A stretch of 37,301 nucleotides of DNA, from positions 1-37,301 of the IMG/VR virus record IMGVR_UViG_3300016478_000029; one strand, given 5' to 3'. The position numbers and the translations under genes are program-made. This DNA is from a virus (taxonomy: Duplodnaviria; Caudoviricetes). Below are positions 1-8,991 of the stretch, in pieces. The stretch's first letter is position 1, and every line of letters starts with the position of its first letter. The notes beneath the pieces were generated by a model. The model was not told the origin of the DNA. It made no database searches and worked only from the letters and a program-made list of their open reading frames with translations.

Positions 1-384
1 AGCGTCAGCGCCAGCAGCAGCGTATTCCACTACCTTGGTGATGACCAGCTTACGCAGCGTCGGGCTAACACCCTTCTTGTTCTTAAACTCCCACTCGTAG
101 ATGCCGATGGTAGCGTTAGCCTCAGAGCCGTTGCCCAATGCCATTTCGTTATCCAACTCGGCACCGCCATCGTCAAAGATACGGATGGGGTTAGTGCTCT
201 TGCAGGTGATGTAGTGACCTTTGCCCTCTTTGTACGGGACGGTAACACCCAGCTTTTCCAATGCCTCGACAGCTTTGTCGGACAGCTGACAGAGGTCAAC
301 TTGATACTTCTCGCTCATGTCATTCTTCTTAGCGAGGAATGCCCACATGATTTCAGCTTTGATTTTGATAACGGGAGTGCTCAT
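1..384 (-). CDS. Single-stranded DNA-binding protein (T7 gp2.5-like), N-terminal 128 codons; continues across the circular junction
   Basis: Hand translation, absent from the ORF track: MSTPVIKIKAEIMWAFLAKKNDMSEKYQVDLCQL...GNGSEANATIGIYEWEFKNKKGVSPTLRKLVITKVVEYAAAGADA. AAGGA RBS upstream, GNGS motif, and position between polymerase and exonuclease. Confidence 0.75.
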   Translation of the reverse strand, partial: MSTPVIKIKAEIMWAFLAKKNDMSEKYQVDLCQLSDKAVEALEKLGVTVPYKEGKGHYITCKSTNPIRIFDDGGAELDNEMALGNGSEANATIGIYEWEFKNKKGVSPTLRKLVITKVVEYAAAGADA

Positions 385-398
385 GACTGTTTCCTTTT

Positions 399-584
399 TC
401 AATGTAACGTTTGGTTTGGGTCTGTATCGACCATGTGATACAGCTTCGTTGTTGCTGCTGACAGCATATCCAAGACAGTGCTTTCTTCCATGTTTTCGCT
501 GAAGTACAGATACAAGTTTCCATCTGTAATTGACAAAATAACTAGGGCTTCAGAGTCTTGAATCATCTCTTCTAATTCACTCAA
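399..584 (-). CDS. Hypothetical acidic protein
   Basis: ORF fills the gap between polymerase and SSB. Probable TTG start overlaps the polymerase stop; start uncertain. Confidence 0.55.
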   Translation of the reverse strand: MSELEEMIQDSEALVILSITDGNLYLYFSENMEESTVLDMLSAATTKLYHMVDTDPNQTLH

Positions 585-2293
585 TGGGTATCCTTCCAAG
601 TTAGTCCTGCATTCCACTCTCCTGTTAAAGGACAGCGTAGGTTGAAGTAGCGACCTGCTTCTTCGATTGCCTCCACTGCCATCTTACCAACAACTTCCTC
701 TTTTCCCTGCTCAACTTCCATCTGCCACTCGTCGTGTACATTAGCAACGAAGTGTACATCTATTCTAGCACACTTTATCTTCTTTTGCAACAGTACCAAC
801 GCTTTTTTCATCACAATCGCACCTGCCCCCTGAAGAAGCGAATTAAGTGCTGCGTGCTCGGAGCGTACCCATATCTTGCGACCATCAAGCCCCGGTACAT
901 AGCCCTTACCCGCATAGACGGCAACTTTATCTCGTAGTTTCTGTAGGGAGGGAGTCGCCCTAAGAAATCTGGAAATAAGTCTTTTACCCTCTGTCGGCCC
1001 ACCCCCAACAATAGAACCGATCTTTCCCGGCCCAGCACCGTAGAGGAACGCATAGATGAACGTCTTTGCATGATCCCTCGTTGGTAGCCCTGCTGCTTTC
1101 TGGTTCTTCGTGTGGACATCCGTTCCGTCCTTACTCGATCCCTCAACGACAGTTTTGACATACGCCGAATCCCTCATGTAATGTGCCAACATTCGCAGCT
1201 CTAAGCCGCTAGCATCAGCACCTACTAATGAATAACCATCCCTAGCCTTGAAACATGCACGACACTCAGGGCCAAACTCAGACCCGCTGTTAGGAATCTG
1301 TGCCATGTTAGGGCTATGATGGGTCATTCGACCAGTAACAGCACCATTAGTGATAACACGACCGTGAATAGCACCATCATCCTTCACCTCATCGAACCAC
1401 GATGAAATCTGTGAGACACGTTTTTGGAGTAACAGGTATCGTGCCATCAGTTTCGCTTCGGGTAGGTCGATTTTTGACAGAACCCTTTCGTCGATGATGA
1501 TGTTACCTTTTTCTGTTACCTTGTCAAACTTGACACCCAGCCCCTGAAGACGTTTCGCAATCTGTTGACGACTACCGGGATTGAACATCTCCACATCGTC
1601 TTTAAGGCGTTTACCAGTCTTCGCAGATACCCTTTCTGTAACGATCGGCGGAAACACACTTTGCAAGTTGCCTTCAATATCAGCAAGTTCACTAGAAACC
1701 TGCGATAGTAGCGACGTAGCAGCCTTGCGGTCGAAGAAGAAGCCTCGTTCTTCCTGTTGTCGCACAATGTTTGCCACAGCGTGTTCAAGCGCGATCGACT
1801 CACCCCAGTCGTTGACTTCATTGCTCAATCTTTCATAAACACGAACCAATAACTCGACATCTCGTTTGCAATACGCAGCCATCAGTGGGATATCAGGGTT
1901 GTTCCAGTGCGACATATCTTTCTTGTCATACTGTCTAACACCCTTACGTCGCCAATACAGACGCTGATAGTCACTCTTCTTCTTCCCGCCCAAACGTTTG
2001 CCCCATGCGTCGAGACTGTGACCCCCTTCGATGTCGGGACTGAATAAACGACTGAGAAGCAACGTATCCATCGATTTCTTCAAGGAGAGCGTCGTCCCCC
2101 AGCAGCGATTCAATACTGGCCCATCGAAGCCGATTAAGTTGTGTGCGATCACTTTGTCGGCTTTGTTTATCAAGGGTATGAGAGTCTTCGGTTCTTTGTG
2201 ACATATGTACTGTGCAGATTCCGTATCGTACGTGTAACACATCCAGATTTTACGATGGGTTGTGTCGGTCTCGATGTCTAGGAAGAGCGTCAT
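581..2293 (-). CDS. DNA polymerase family A (T7 gp5-like) with 3'-5' exonuclease
   Basis: ExoI LDIET, ExoII HNLIGFD, ExoIII YCKRDV; motif A DASGLELR, motif B AKTFIYAFLYG, motif C VHDE. Alternative start at 2314. Confidence 0.97.
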   Translation of the reverse strand: MTLFLDIETDTTHRKIWMCYTYDTESAQYICHKEPKTLIPLINKADKVIAHNLIGFDGPVLNRCWGTTLSLKKSMDTLLLSRLFSPDIEGGHSLDAWGKRLGGKKKSDYQRLYWRRKGVRQYDKKDMSHWNNPDIPLMAAYCKRDVELLVRVYERLSNEVNDWGESIALEHAVANIVRQQEERGFFFDRKAATSLLSQVSSELADIEGNLQSVFPPIVTERVSAKTGKRLKDDVEMFNPGSRQQIAKRLQGLGVKFDKVTEKGNIIIDERVLSKIDLPEAKLMARYLLLQKRVSQISSWFDEVKDDGAIHGRVITNGAVTGRMTHHSPNMAQIPNSGSEFGPECRACFKARDGYSLVGADASGLELRMLAHYMRDSAYVKTVVEGSSKDGTDVHTKNQKAAGLPTRDHAKTFIYAFLYGAGPGKIGSIVGGGPTEGKRLISRFLRATPSLQKLRDKVAVYAGKGYVPGLDGRKIWVRSEHAALNSLLQGAGAIVMKKALVLLQKKIKCARIDVHFVANVHDEWQMEVEQGKEEVVGKMAVEAIEEAGRYFNLRCPLTGEWNAGLTWKDTH

Positions 2294-2310
2294 GGGAGAC
2301 TTGTTATCCC

Positions 2311-2475
2311 TCAAAACGGTGCCTCCGGGGTGTCGGTGATCAGTTTGTTAAGCTGAGCAGCGCGGACAAGTTTGTACGCTTCCTCAACCTCTTTCAACTG
2401 TTCATCGTTTAACCGACCAAAGGGCCACATCTTAGACACACGGTCAATGATCTCGTTTGCCTCTTCCAGCGTCAT
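2311..2475 (-). CDS. Small hypothetical protein (54 aa)
   Basis: Hand translation MTLEEANEIIDRVSKMWPFGRLNDEQLKEVEEAYKLVRAAQLNKLITDTPEAPF; GGAG RBS; fills the gap exactly. Confidence 0.65.
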   Translation of the reverse strand: MTLEEANEIIDRVSKMWPFGRLNDEQLKEVEEAYKLVRAAQLNKLITDTPEAPF

Positions 2476-2476
2476 G

Positions 2477-2776
2477 TTATTGCTCCAAGTTAAATTCGTC
2501 TTGTGTTGATGTTACCACAAAATCAAGCGTCAGTGTATATTCACTGTTGCCAAAATATGCCTTTGTTGCTTGAAAGCCACCAGAACGCACTAAAATCCAA
2601 TCTTTACATTCCATTTCGTAAGCACGATTAAGAACTTCACGTGCTGCTCTACGTAGATCAGAAATATACATAGGGCCATCAACGTGATAATAACTCCAAT
2701 CCAATGCTTCCATTGTTTTTAACACACGATTAAAGTTAAACTCGTCAAGGATGTCTTCTACAACTTTGTAATACAC
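2477..2776 (-). CDS. Hypothetical protein
   Basis: Tightly packed ORF with GGAG RBS. Confidence 0.7.
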   Translation of the reverse strand: MYYKVVEDILDEFNFNRVLKTMEALDWSYYHVDGPMYISDLRRAAREVLNRAYEMECKDWILVRSGGFQATKAYFGNSEYTLTLDFVVTSTQDEFNLEQ

Positions 2777-2777
2777 A

Positions 2778-3395
2778 TCAAATCTCCAGTGATGGAAACA
2801 ATGAGTTGATTATAGCACGGGCTTGCTCTGCTACTTCACGATGTTCCTTCTGTGTTGCTTTTTCGCAACGGATGTTACAGTAGTGAATCCAGCTTCGCAG
2901 TGTACCGTTCATATACATTGTACTCTCTGTTAACCCCTCTGGCAACAACTTTCGTGCTTGTTCTTTCGCAATGCCTTGCTCCAACGCCTGATTGTACAGC
3001 TGAGAAGCATCGCTAATAGCACGTTTCTGAGCAGCGTCCCACCATGTTTTAACAAAATAATCATCAGTCTCCAAAGAGTTCTGTCGGTTTTTGGTGTCCT
3101 GCATTCGCGGTTCGGAAATAGCGAAGTGTTCTGCAACGGCATACCGCTGACTGAACTCTTGAAAGCTGAACGAACGGTGTCGCAGAATCTGTCGTGCAAT
3201 GTCACGCGTTGTCACAATCTCCATACAGACGTTAACCATCTCGAAGGGAGACCAGTGGTTATTCTTAATCAGATACGACAGCAGCTTCGGTGCAGTTTCC
3301 GGGTTATTTTGATTAGCCGGATTACTGACACGCGCCATGTATGCAATCTTTTCTTCAGCTTCAGGGGTTACCCACACCAACGTCACATTACTCAC
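2778..3395 (-). CDS. thyX: FAD-dependent thymidylate synthase
   Basis: HWSPFE, the ThyX signature RHRSFSFQEFSQRY, ARKLLP and TQKEHR. Confidence 0.96.
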   Translation of the reverse strand: MSNVTLVWVTPEAEEKIAYMARVSNPANQNNPETAPKLLSYLIKNNHWSPFEMVNVCMEIVTTRDIARQILRHRSFSFQEFSQRYAVAEHFAISEPRMQDTKNRQNSLETDDYFVKTWWDAAQKRAISDASQLYNQALEQGIAKEQARKLLPEGLTESTMYMNGTLRSWIHYCNIRCEKATQKEHREVAEQARAIINSLFPSLEI

Positions 3396-3528
3396 TACGC
3401 ATAACCTCCAAAATCATGTTAACACCCTGAACAACCATCATTTGTTGCATTGGATGAAGTTGTTTCCACGGGATACTGTCAGGAAAGTGTTTCCTAGCTG
3501 ACTCGTAAAAGCGTTCAACGTCATTCAT
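3388..3528 (-). CDS. Small hypothetical protein (46 aa)
   Basis: MNDVERFYESARKHF...; AAGGAG RBS; overlaps both neighbours. Confidence 0.6.
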   Translation of the reverse strand: MNDVERFYESARKHFPDSIPWKQLHPMQQMMVVQGVNMILEVMRSE

Positions 3529-3925
3529 CGGTTTTCTCCTTAAAATCAGGGTGATACTTCTTCGCTTCCTCGATGCCACGCTCCAACGCAGTGATAACAC
3601 CTAGACGAAGCAGTGCATTTTCTTCTTCCGTGCTAAAATTCATGTTATAGACAGCACTTCCGTCAGCTTTCTCTACAACAAAGGTCAGCTTACTGTCAGG
3701 AATCGGTTCAACCTCACCACCCATCCACTCAATGATTAAGCGAAAGGCATTGCAATGGTTAAGCAACTCAGACATATCTTTAGCTTTATCATTAGAGAAG
3801 ATGCTGATGAACTCTGTTCCCCCATCTAGATACTTCTCATACTGCTTTTTGAAATAGTCATAGCTTCCTTTCAGACTTTCCAATATAGCATCATCAAGTT
3901 GTTCCTCATTGATTTCGATCATCAT
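3521..3925 (-). CDS. Hypothetical protein
   Basis: ATGA overlap with the upstream gene; GGAG RBS. Confidence 0.7.
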   Translation of the reverse strand: MMIEINEEQLDDAILESLKGSYDYFKKQYEKYLDGGTEFISIFSNDKAKDMSELLNHCNAFRLIIEWMGGEVEPIPDSKLTFVVEKADGSAVYNMNFSTEEENALLRLGVITALERGIEEAKKYHPDFKEKTDE

Positions 3926-4227
3926 TTGATTTTCTCCAGTTCGGTTTCAACAAGTCGTGCATAACCAGCGATGTCGTGCCAGCTGTCATCGTAATACGGA
4001 TTACCATTAGCAATACGAGCTAACTTGTTACAAATCATGTCAAGGCTCTCTTGCATGTAGAACTCCATATGCCCCCATGATGCACTGTTACGGATCGTGT
4101 TTTTTAGCATTTGTGCTGTTAGGCTAACATCAATGTACTGTCCGTAGTTCTCACCACGAGCATCCAATGTGTCTTCAATATCCCTTGTTTCAATCATATC
4201 AATCGCTAGGTTCTTCATCTTACCCAT
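3922..4227 (-). CDS. DUF6378-like phage protein
   Basis: RGENYG...KLARI..GNP...DSWHDIAGYA pattern recalled for this family. Confidence 0.7.
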   Translation of the reverse strand: MGKMKNLAIDMIETRDIEDTLDARGENYGQYIDVSLTAQMLKNTIRNSASWGHMEFYMQESLDMICNKLARIANGNPYYDDSWHDIAGYARLVETELEKIK

Positions 4228-4228
4228 G

Positions 4229-4669
4229 TTACACCATTCCTTTCATGTCTGCAGGTGAGAAGTTGTCACCTTTCTTGATCTTACCATTCTTATCGAACGT
4301 TGGATAGCCATCCTTGTCAAATTTACTCCAGTTACTGCGACTCACCTCTGCAAGACCTCGAACGCTATCCATACCAGCGCAATGAGCGACACCAATAGCA
4401 GTAACCATACCATCACACAGCTCCTTAAGAAAGTTTTTTCGGTCGTTAATGCGAATGTCCAGTGTACCTTGCTTAAGACGCATTGCCAACATTTCAAGAG
4501 CGTCCAATGCTGCTCCTATTGTAGCACGATCTGAGACATCTGACAAGTACAGCCCATCCATCTGCTCAATAAACTCTTCGATGTGGCATCCCAGCTGAAC
4601 CTCAAAGTCTTCCCACTTAGGGGACGGTCTAGCACGTTTATGCCACAAATTGATACTCTCAACACTCAT
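4229..4669 (-). CDS. MazG/PRA-PH-like NTP pyrophosphohydrolase
   Basis: IEEFIE...ELCD acidic motifs and EVSRSNWSK...NGKIKKG tail; AGGAG RBS before the ATG at 4669. Confidence 0.8.
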   Translation of the reverse strand: MSVESINLWHKRARPSPKWEDFEVQLGCHIEEFIEQMDGLYLSDVSDRATIGAALDALEMLAMRLKQGTLDIRINDRKNFLKELCDGMVTAIGVAHCAGMDSVRGLAEVSRSNWSKFDKDGYPTFDKNGKIKKGDNFSPADMKGMV

Positions 4670-4715
4670 CTTCTCTCTCCTGTTCTCTATCATCTGATTG
4701 ATTAGCCTGTCCACA

Positions 4716-4901
4716 TCACTTGATCTCATTGTCTGAAACCTGTTCACCATCCTGTACAAAACCACCCTTTTTGTCCATTATAGCGCACACTTCATCGGTT
4801 TTCTGTCGTTTTTGTGTGCCAAAAATAGCATCCCATCCTTTGCTGTATGCCTCTTGGTCTTGCGTCTTTCTAGGGGCGCTGCCCTTACCTCCGTCACTCA
4901 T
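4716..4901 (-). CDS. Small hypothetical phage protein
   Basis: MSDGGKGSAPR...WDAIFG; ATGA overlap. Confidence 0.65.
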   Translation of the reverse strand: MSDGGKGSAPRKTQDQEAYSKGWDAIFGTQKRQKTDEVCAIMDKKGGFVQDGEQVSDNEIK

Positions 4902-5242
4902 AGCTCCATCTCCTTAGCCTTCACCACCATAGCAGTGATTCCGTCTTTGTTGTTGAGTTGATTCATAATCTGACCTAAGACACCGGTGTTGTGGCTGCCC
5001 ATTGGCCTGCCTTCACCTGTCTTGTAGCATCTATAAGCAGAGCCACTAGCACCATAGAATGTATAGTAGGTATCGTGCTCTCCCACTTTGGTGATTCCGC
5101 TGTTAAGTCGCCAGCTGTCACCATCAGCAAAGCCACCACGCCAGCTACCGAATACCTTGTACAGCACTTTCAAATCATCTTGGTCTGTCTTGTCGTTGAT
5201 GATCTTGATAATCACCCACGATTCTGGATTGTATTCACTCAT
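4898..5242 (-). CDS. Conserved hypothetical phage protein
   Basis: YKVFGSWRGGFADGDSWRLNSGI..GASGSAY pattern; AAGGAG RBS. Confidence 0.75.
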   Translation of the reverse strand: MSEYNPESWVIIKIINDKTDQDDLKVLYKVFGSWRGGFADGDSWRLNSGITKVGEHDTYYTFYGASGSAYRCYKTGEGRPMGSHNTGVLGQIMNQLNNKDGITAMVVKAKEMEL

Positions 5243-5529
5243 GTGTCATTCTCCTTAATTACACGGAAAAATATCATACTCATGTTGAGATTACTCAATA
5301 ATATGAATAGAATTCCGCGCAAATGAACAATCTACGCTAACGGCTCCTACTGCTGTGCTGGCTGTTCAGGTTTTAAGTCTTGCTTAATAGCTGGATGCTC
5401 TAGTGCTTGTTCGCAGATTGTGATTCCTTCTTTGTAGTAGTTGTCTTCCCAATCCGTGTCATTGCAGTACGCTGTCTCAAGTTTTTCCAGCACACTGCGC
5501 AGGTCTGCTTCTTCAATTTGGATTTTCAT
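5239..5529 (-). pseudogene. Hypothetical gene interrupted by two in-frame TAG codons (intact part 5347..5529)
   Basis: The frame reads PAQQ*EPLA*IVHL...IKENDT* and ends in an ATGA overlap with the next gene. Confidence 0.45.
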
Positions 5530-5538
5530 TTCAATTCC

Positions 5539-5688
5539 TCACTTAATGTTAAGCCACAACCCAACCTGAGCAAACGCATACCCCGTCCAGATCATACCAT
5601 TAGCTGTCTCGCCTTTGCTCCATTGTAGCACACCTACGATCAGATAACCAAGGCCAGTGGCCCCTACAATGATGTGTTCTACTATCAC
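5539..5688 (-). CDS. Small membrane protein (49 aa)
   Basis: Hand translation MIVEHIIVGATGLGYLIVGVLQWSKGETANGMIWTGYAFAQVGLWLNIK; GTGA overlap with the helicase stop; two hydrophobic segments. Confidence 0.65.
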   Translation of the reverse strand: MIVEHIIVGATGLGYLIVGVLQWSKGETANGMIWTGYAFAQVGLWLNIK

Positions 5689-7283
5689 AGTTCTTCCTCT
5701 TCAAGAATTGGCACCTCAGTCAGGATACCGTTGTCCTTATTGTACATCAAACCAAACTTCGCTGCAGTAGCCCTACCGGTAAAGCGGTCTTTCAACACAC
5801 GGAAGGTGGTTGTCTGACGCTGAATAGGGTCACTGTGCTGTTTATCACGCTCCAATCCGAACATATAGTGCGACCAGCGTGCAATGGCCCGTGAGCCAGT
5901 GAAATGCTTTTCCATCACTCGTCCACCTTCTTCGTGCGGTTTCCCGTCCGGTGTTGTCAGGTGACTGATGAAGTGAATAACAACTCCCAACTCCTGCGCC
6001 AGCGATGCCATATCTGCCATGATGCCGTCCAATGCTCGTCGTTCATCTTGCTCGTTTGCTGACAGTGCCGTGAGGTGGTCAAGGTAGATGTGTTCAATGT
6101 CATACGCCTTGTTAAAGAAGCGGATGATGTTCTTGATAACACCCCACGACATCGCACCGAAATGCTCAAACAGGAAAAGCTGGTCACGCTGCTCAATGCG
6201 GTCAATGCTGGCAATGTACTGCTCACGAGTCCACGCTGCATCGGGTACATGGTACAAACGTTTATCCAACTTGCCTGCAATGCGCTGCACTGTCTCCACT
6301 ACGTTCTGTTCCAGATAGATAACACCCACCTTCTTGTTCAGCTTCTCGATGTCATAGGCAATTTGCTGTGTGAAAACGTCAGTTTTGCCAATGCCAACAC
6401 CTGCACCGAAGGCATACAACTCACCCTTGCGTCGTCCATACGTTAAGTCTGTTAACGTGTCGAAGGCCCACGGTACACCCGGCACTGGAGGTTCTAACAG
6501 GCGCTGTTTAATGTCAGCTACTGTGACGATTCCTTCAGGCTTATACCCCTCAGCGTCCCACCAACGGGTTAACCACAGTGCCTCGGCTTTGTCTGATAAC
6601 CAATCGCAAGAGTCTTTATATTTCTCAATACCTTTAAACACCTTGGATTTTGCACCGAACAACTCTGCCACCCCTTCAGCGGCCTTCTTGCCAACATCGT
6701 CATTATCGAAACAGATAACGATATTCTCAAAGCTGTCCAACCAATCAAATGAGGCCTTACAGTCTTTAACTGCATTACCCGCACCATTCTTAATTGAAAC
6801 TACCGGGTATTTACTTCCTAACATCTGATATGTAGCCAGTGCATCAAATTCACCTTCAACGATGGTAACATATTTACCGCCTTTGCTGAACAGCTGCTGA
6901 CCGAATAACAGACCCTCCTTTATATTACCAGTTGAAGAGAATTGTTTATCCGCTGTTCGTCGCTTATAGGCAATAACGTCCCCATTGCGGTCAACATAGG
7001 GGAAAAACACATCACCGTTGCTGTTCTGTGTGACGTTGTAGGCCTCAGCGGTGTCCACGCTGATGCGTCGGTCTTTAAAACCCCCTAGAAACGCATCAGA
7101 AGGGCTTGTAACGAGCTTTCGTGGTGCGGTTGATACCTCGGTAACCTCAGCGTCGTTAAACGCCTCTACGGGCCTTGTATACGTTTCGCAGCTAAAGCAG
7201 TAGGTGCTACCGTCCTCGTTTACTGACAGAGCATCGCTACTGCCGCAATCGGGACATGGCAAATGTTTCTGTTTAAATGTCAT
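5685..7283 (-). CDS. DNA primase/helicase (T7 gp4-like)
   Basis: Zn-binding CPDC..CFSC, TOPRIM EGEFD and FDND, Walker A GVGIGKT, LDHL, ISHL and KDRFTG. Confidence 0.97.
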   Translation of the reverse strand: MTFKQKHLPCPDCGSSDALSVNEDGSTYCFSCETYTRPVEAFNDAEVTEVSTAPRKLVTSPSDAFLGGFKDRRISVDTAEAYNVTQNSNGDVFFPYVDRNGDVIAYKRRTADKQFSSTGNIKEGLLFGQQLFSKGGKYVTIVEGEFDALATYQMLGSKYPVVSIKNGAGNAVKDCKASFDWLDSFENIVICFDNDDVGKKAAEGVAELFGAKSKVFKGIEKYKDSCDWLSDKAEALWLTRWWDAEGYKPEGIVTVADIKQRLLEPPVPGVPWAFDTLTDLTYGRRKGELYAFGAGVGIGKTDVFTQQIAYDIEKLNKKVGVIYLEQNVVETVQRIAGKLDKRLYHVPDAAWTREQYIASIDRIEQRDQLFLFEHFGAMSWGVIKNIIRFFNKAYDIEHIYLDHLTALSANEQDERRALDGIMADMASLAQELGVVIHFISHLTTPDGKPHEEGGRVMEKHFTGSRAIARWSHYMFGLERDKQHSDPIQRQTTTFRVLKDRFTGRATAAKFGLMYNKDNGILTEVPILEEEEL

Positions 7284-7477
7284 GTTGTTTCTTTCGTTAT
7301 TAACAGGTCACCGATTATATCTTTTTCAATATCGTTAAATGGATAACGTCGTCGGTTTAGTTCATTAACACAAGCTGAGAATATGTCATAAAATCCCATA
7401 TCTTCAGCAACATCAGCAAAATCATTTACTGTATAGATCAATGATGCTTCATCAGCAATATCAAGTTGGTTTGTCAT
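7280..7477 (-). CDS. Hypothetical protein
   Basis: GAGG RBS; ATGA overlap with the primase gene. Confidence 0.6.
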   Translation of the reverse strand: MTNQLDIADEASLIYTVNDFADVAEDMGFYDIFSACVNELNRRRYPFNDIEKDIIGDLLITKETT

Positions 7478-7478
7478 T

Positions 7479-7736
7479 TTAATGTTCCTCTTCATTGTAG
7501 TAGTTCAAATTATCATCACAATAATTATCTAACTTGTTCTCTTCTTCATTGTCTATATAGTTAGCAACTTCCGTGCCATCTTCATGTTCAAGGGTGTTAT
7601 TGACCACCACAGGTACATCTTCTTTGATGAATTTGTAACACTTAGTACACAAATCTAAGAACTCACCGGATGTTGAACTCTTAAATGTTGATTCAAATGG
7701 TGTTAGAATATTATTACAAGCAACGCATCGCATCAT
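7479..7736 (-). CDS. Zn-finger hypothetical protein
   Basis: CVAC...CTKC with an acidic tail. Confidence 0.7.
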   Translation of the reverse strand: MMRCVACNNILTPFESTFKSSTSGEFLDLCTKCYKFIKEDVPVVVNNTLEHEDGTEVANYIDNEEENKLDNYCDDNLNYYNEEEH

Positions 7737-7882
7737 TCAGCTCCTTTAACAAGTTTATAAAGTCCGATTATATCACCATTTTCATCGGTGTCATTCCATT
7801 GCATCCATAACAGGGCATAACCCCTGCTGGTGCTACTGAATGCGGTGATACCACTTGAACGATGCACTATGCGATAAATCAT
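7733..7882 (-). CDS. Small hypothetical protein (49 aa)
   Basis: Hand translation MIYRIVHRSSGITAFSSTSRGYALLWMQWNDTDENGDIIGLYKLVKGAE; ATGA overlaps at both ends; GGAGG RBS. Confidence 0.65.
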   Translation of the reverse strand: MIYRIVHRSSGITAFSSTSRGYALLWMQWNDTDENGDIIGLYKLVKGAE

Positions 7883-8136
7883 GATGTTACCTCCATGCGT
7901 ACCCCTTCAATTGTCAAAGCCTTAATTGTAGCACGGTTTACTGCCCTATAGCCCTTGTTTTGAACGTCGTATATGGTTATGTACTGTTCGGGATCTAAAG
8001 TACTTACACCTCCCTTTAGATGCTTTTTAACACCCAAGCGGCCCGTTAGCTTTCGCAGGGTACCATCTTTTTTAATAAATTCTACAGTGACGAATCGACC
8101 TTCACTGTTTAAGACAAAAAAATCAAGTTTGTTCAT
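7879..8136 (-). CDS. SH3/WYL-like beta-barrel protein (DUF2693-like)
   Basis: FVTVEFIKKDGTLRKLTG...YDVQNKGYRAVN pattern. Confidence 0.65.
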   Translation of the reverse strand: MNKLDFFVLNSEGRFVTVEFIKKDGTLRKLTGRLGVKKHLKGGVSTLDPEQYITIYDVQNKGYRAVNRATIKALTIEGVRMEVTS

Positions 8137-8180
8137 GATGTGTTATCCTTAAATGTGCAACCAAAGCAACAAGACAATCG

Positions 8181-8372
8181 TTAATGTGATGATGTGCAGC
8201 ATTTGTCTTGCCCGTGTTTTGCATTGTACTCCATCACTGCAGGGGCTGCAAGTACATCGTAAAGTTCAGCCAATAGTGCCTTCGCATCTTCAGGCGTAAA
8301 TGTCAATTCTAGGTCAATGCCTGCATCCCTGCATTTACGCATGGCCTGCAATAGTGTTTTTATGTTTTCCAT
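8181..8372 (-). CDS. Hypothetical early protein
   Basis: TAACATG coupling to the upstream gene. Confidence 0.6.
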   Translation of the reverse strand: MENIKTLLQAMRKCRDAGIDLELTFTPEDAKALLAELYDVLAAPAVMEYNAKHGQDKCCTSSH

Positions 8373-8373
8373 G

Positions 8374-8682
8374 TTAAACCCCTAAGCATTCGCAGATTTT
8401 ATTGTACACGTCGCGTTTAGAATGATAATACTCTGCATCACGTTCACCCGGTGCAAAGTTTGACCATTGATTGAAACGCTTAAACTGTGCAATGTCGCGT
8501 CGCAGTGCACGCCCGTCGCCATAATAGGCTTTAAACCCGTTCACGTTATAATGCGCGATAAACCCGCTGCATAGGTACAAAAACTTATACCCTCGCCCGT
8601 TCAATCGTTCAATGTCTTTACATGCTGCAATCACGTTTCGCACAATCAAGTCTTGTTCGCGTGCGTCAATCGGTTTTAACAT
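8374..8682 (-). CDS. Hypothetical early protein
   Basis: GAGGT RBS; LCSGFIAHYN..GF motif. Confidence 0.7.
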   Translation of the reverse strand: MLKPIDAREQDLIVRNVIAACKDIERLNGRGYKFLYLCSGFIAHYNVNGFKAYYGDGRALRRDIAQFKRFNQWSNFAPGERDAEYYHSKRDVYNKICECLGV

Positions 8683-8759
8683 GGTTTTACCTCATTAGGT
8701 TACCCCTGCGACAATGCAGGCCACAAGATACGCCTAAGCATACCCTGCAGTCTGTACTG

Positions 8760-8990
8760 TTATCTATTCGCCCAGTCTTCATAGCATTCGTCGTCAATGC
8801 GTGATTCTATTTCCCCATAGGTAGCATCGTCGAGCAATTCTGCGACGTCAACACCTTCAAACCATACCGCGACAATTTCAACCTTGCATACTCCGTCGCA
8901 TTCGTCGCCATATGCCCTAGCGTCAACCTTGCACAATGTACCGTTAACCATATGATCAAAGCTAACGTCATATGTAGTGGTATAGAACAT
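8760..8990 (-). CDS. Acidic hypothetical early protein
   Basis: AAGGAG RBS; TAACATG coupling. Confidence 0.65.
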   Translation of the reverse strand: MFYTTTYDVSFDHMVNGTLCKVDARAYGDECDGVCKVEIVAVWFEGVDVAELLDDATYGEIESRIDDECYEDWANR

Positions 8991-8991
8991 G

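Noticed and set aside
5332-5349. Genome-wide amber recoding
   Set aside because: All core genes are intact under the standard code and no suppressor tRNA is visible.
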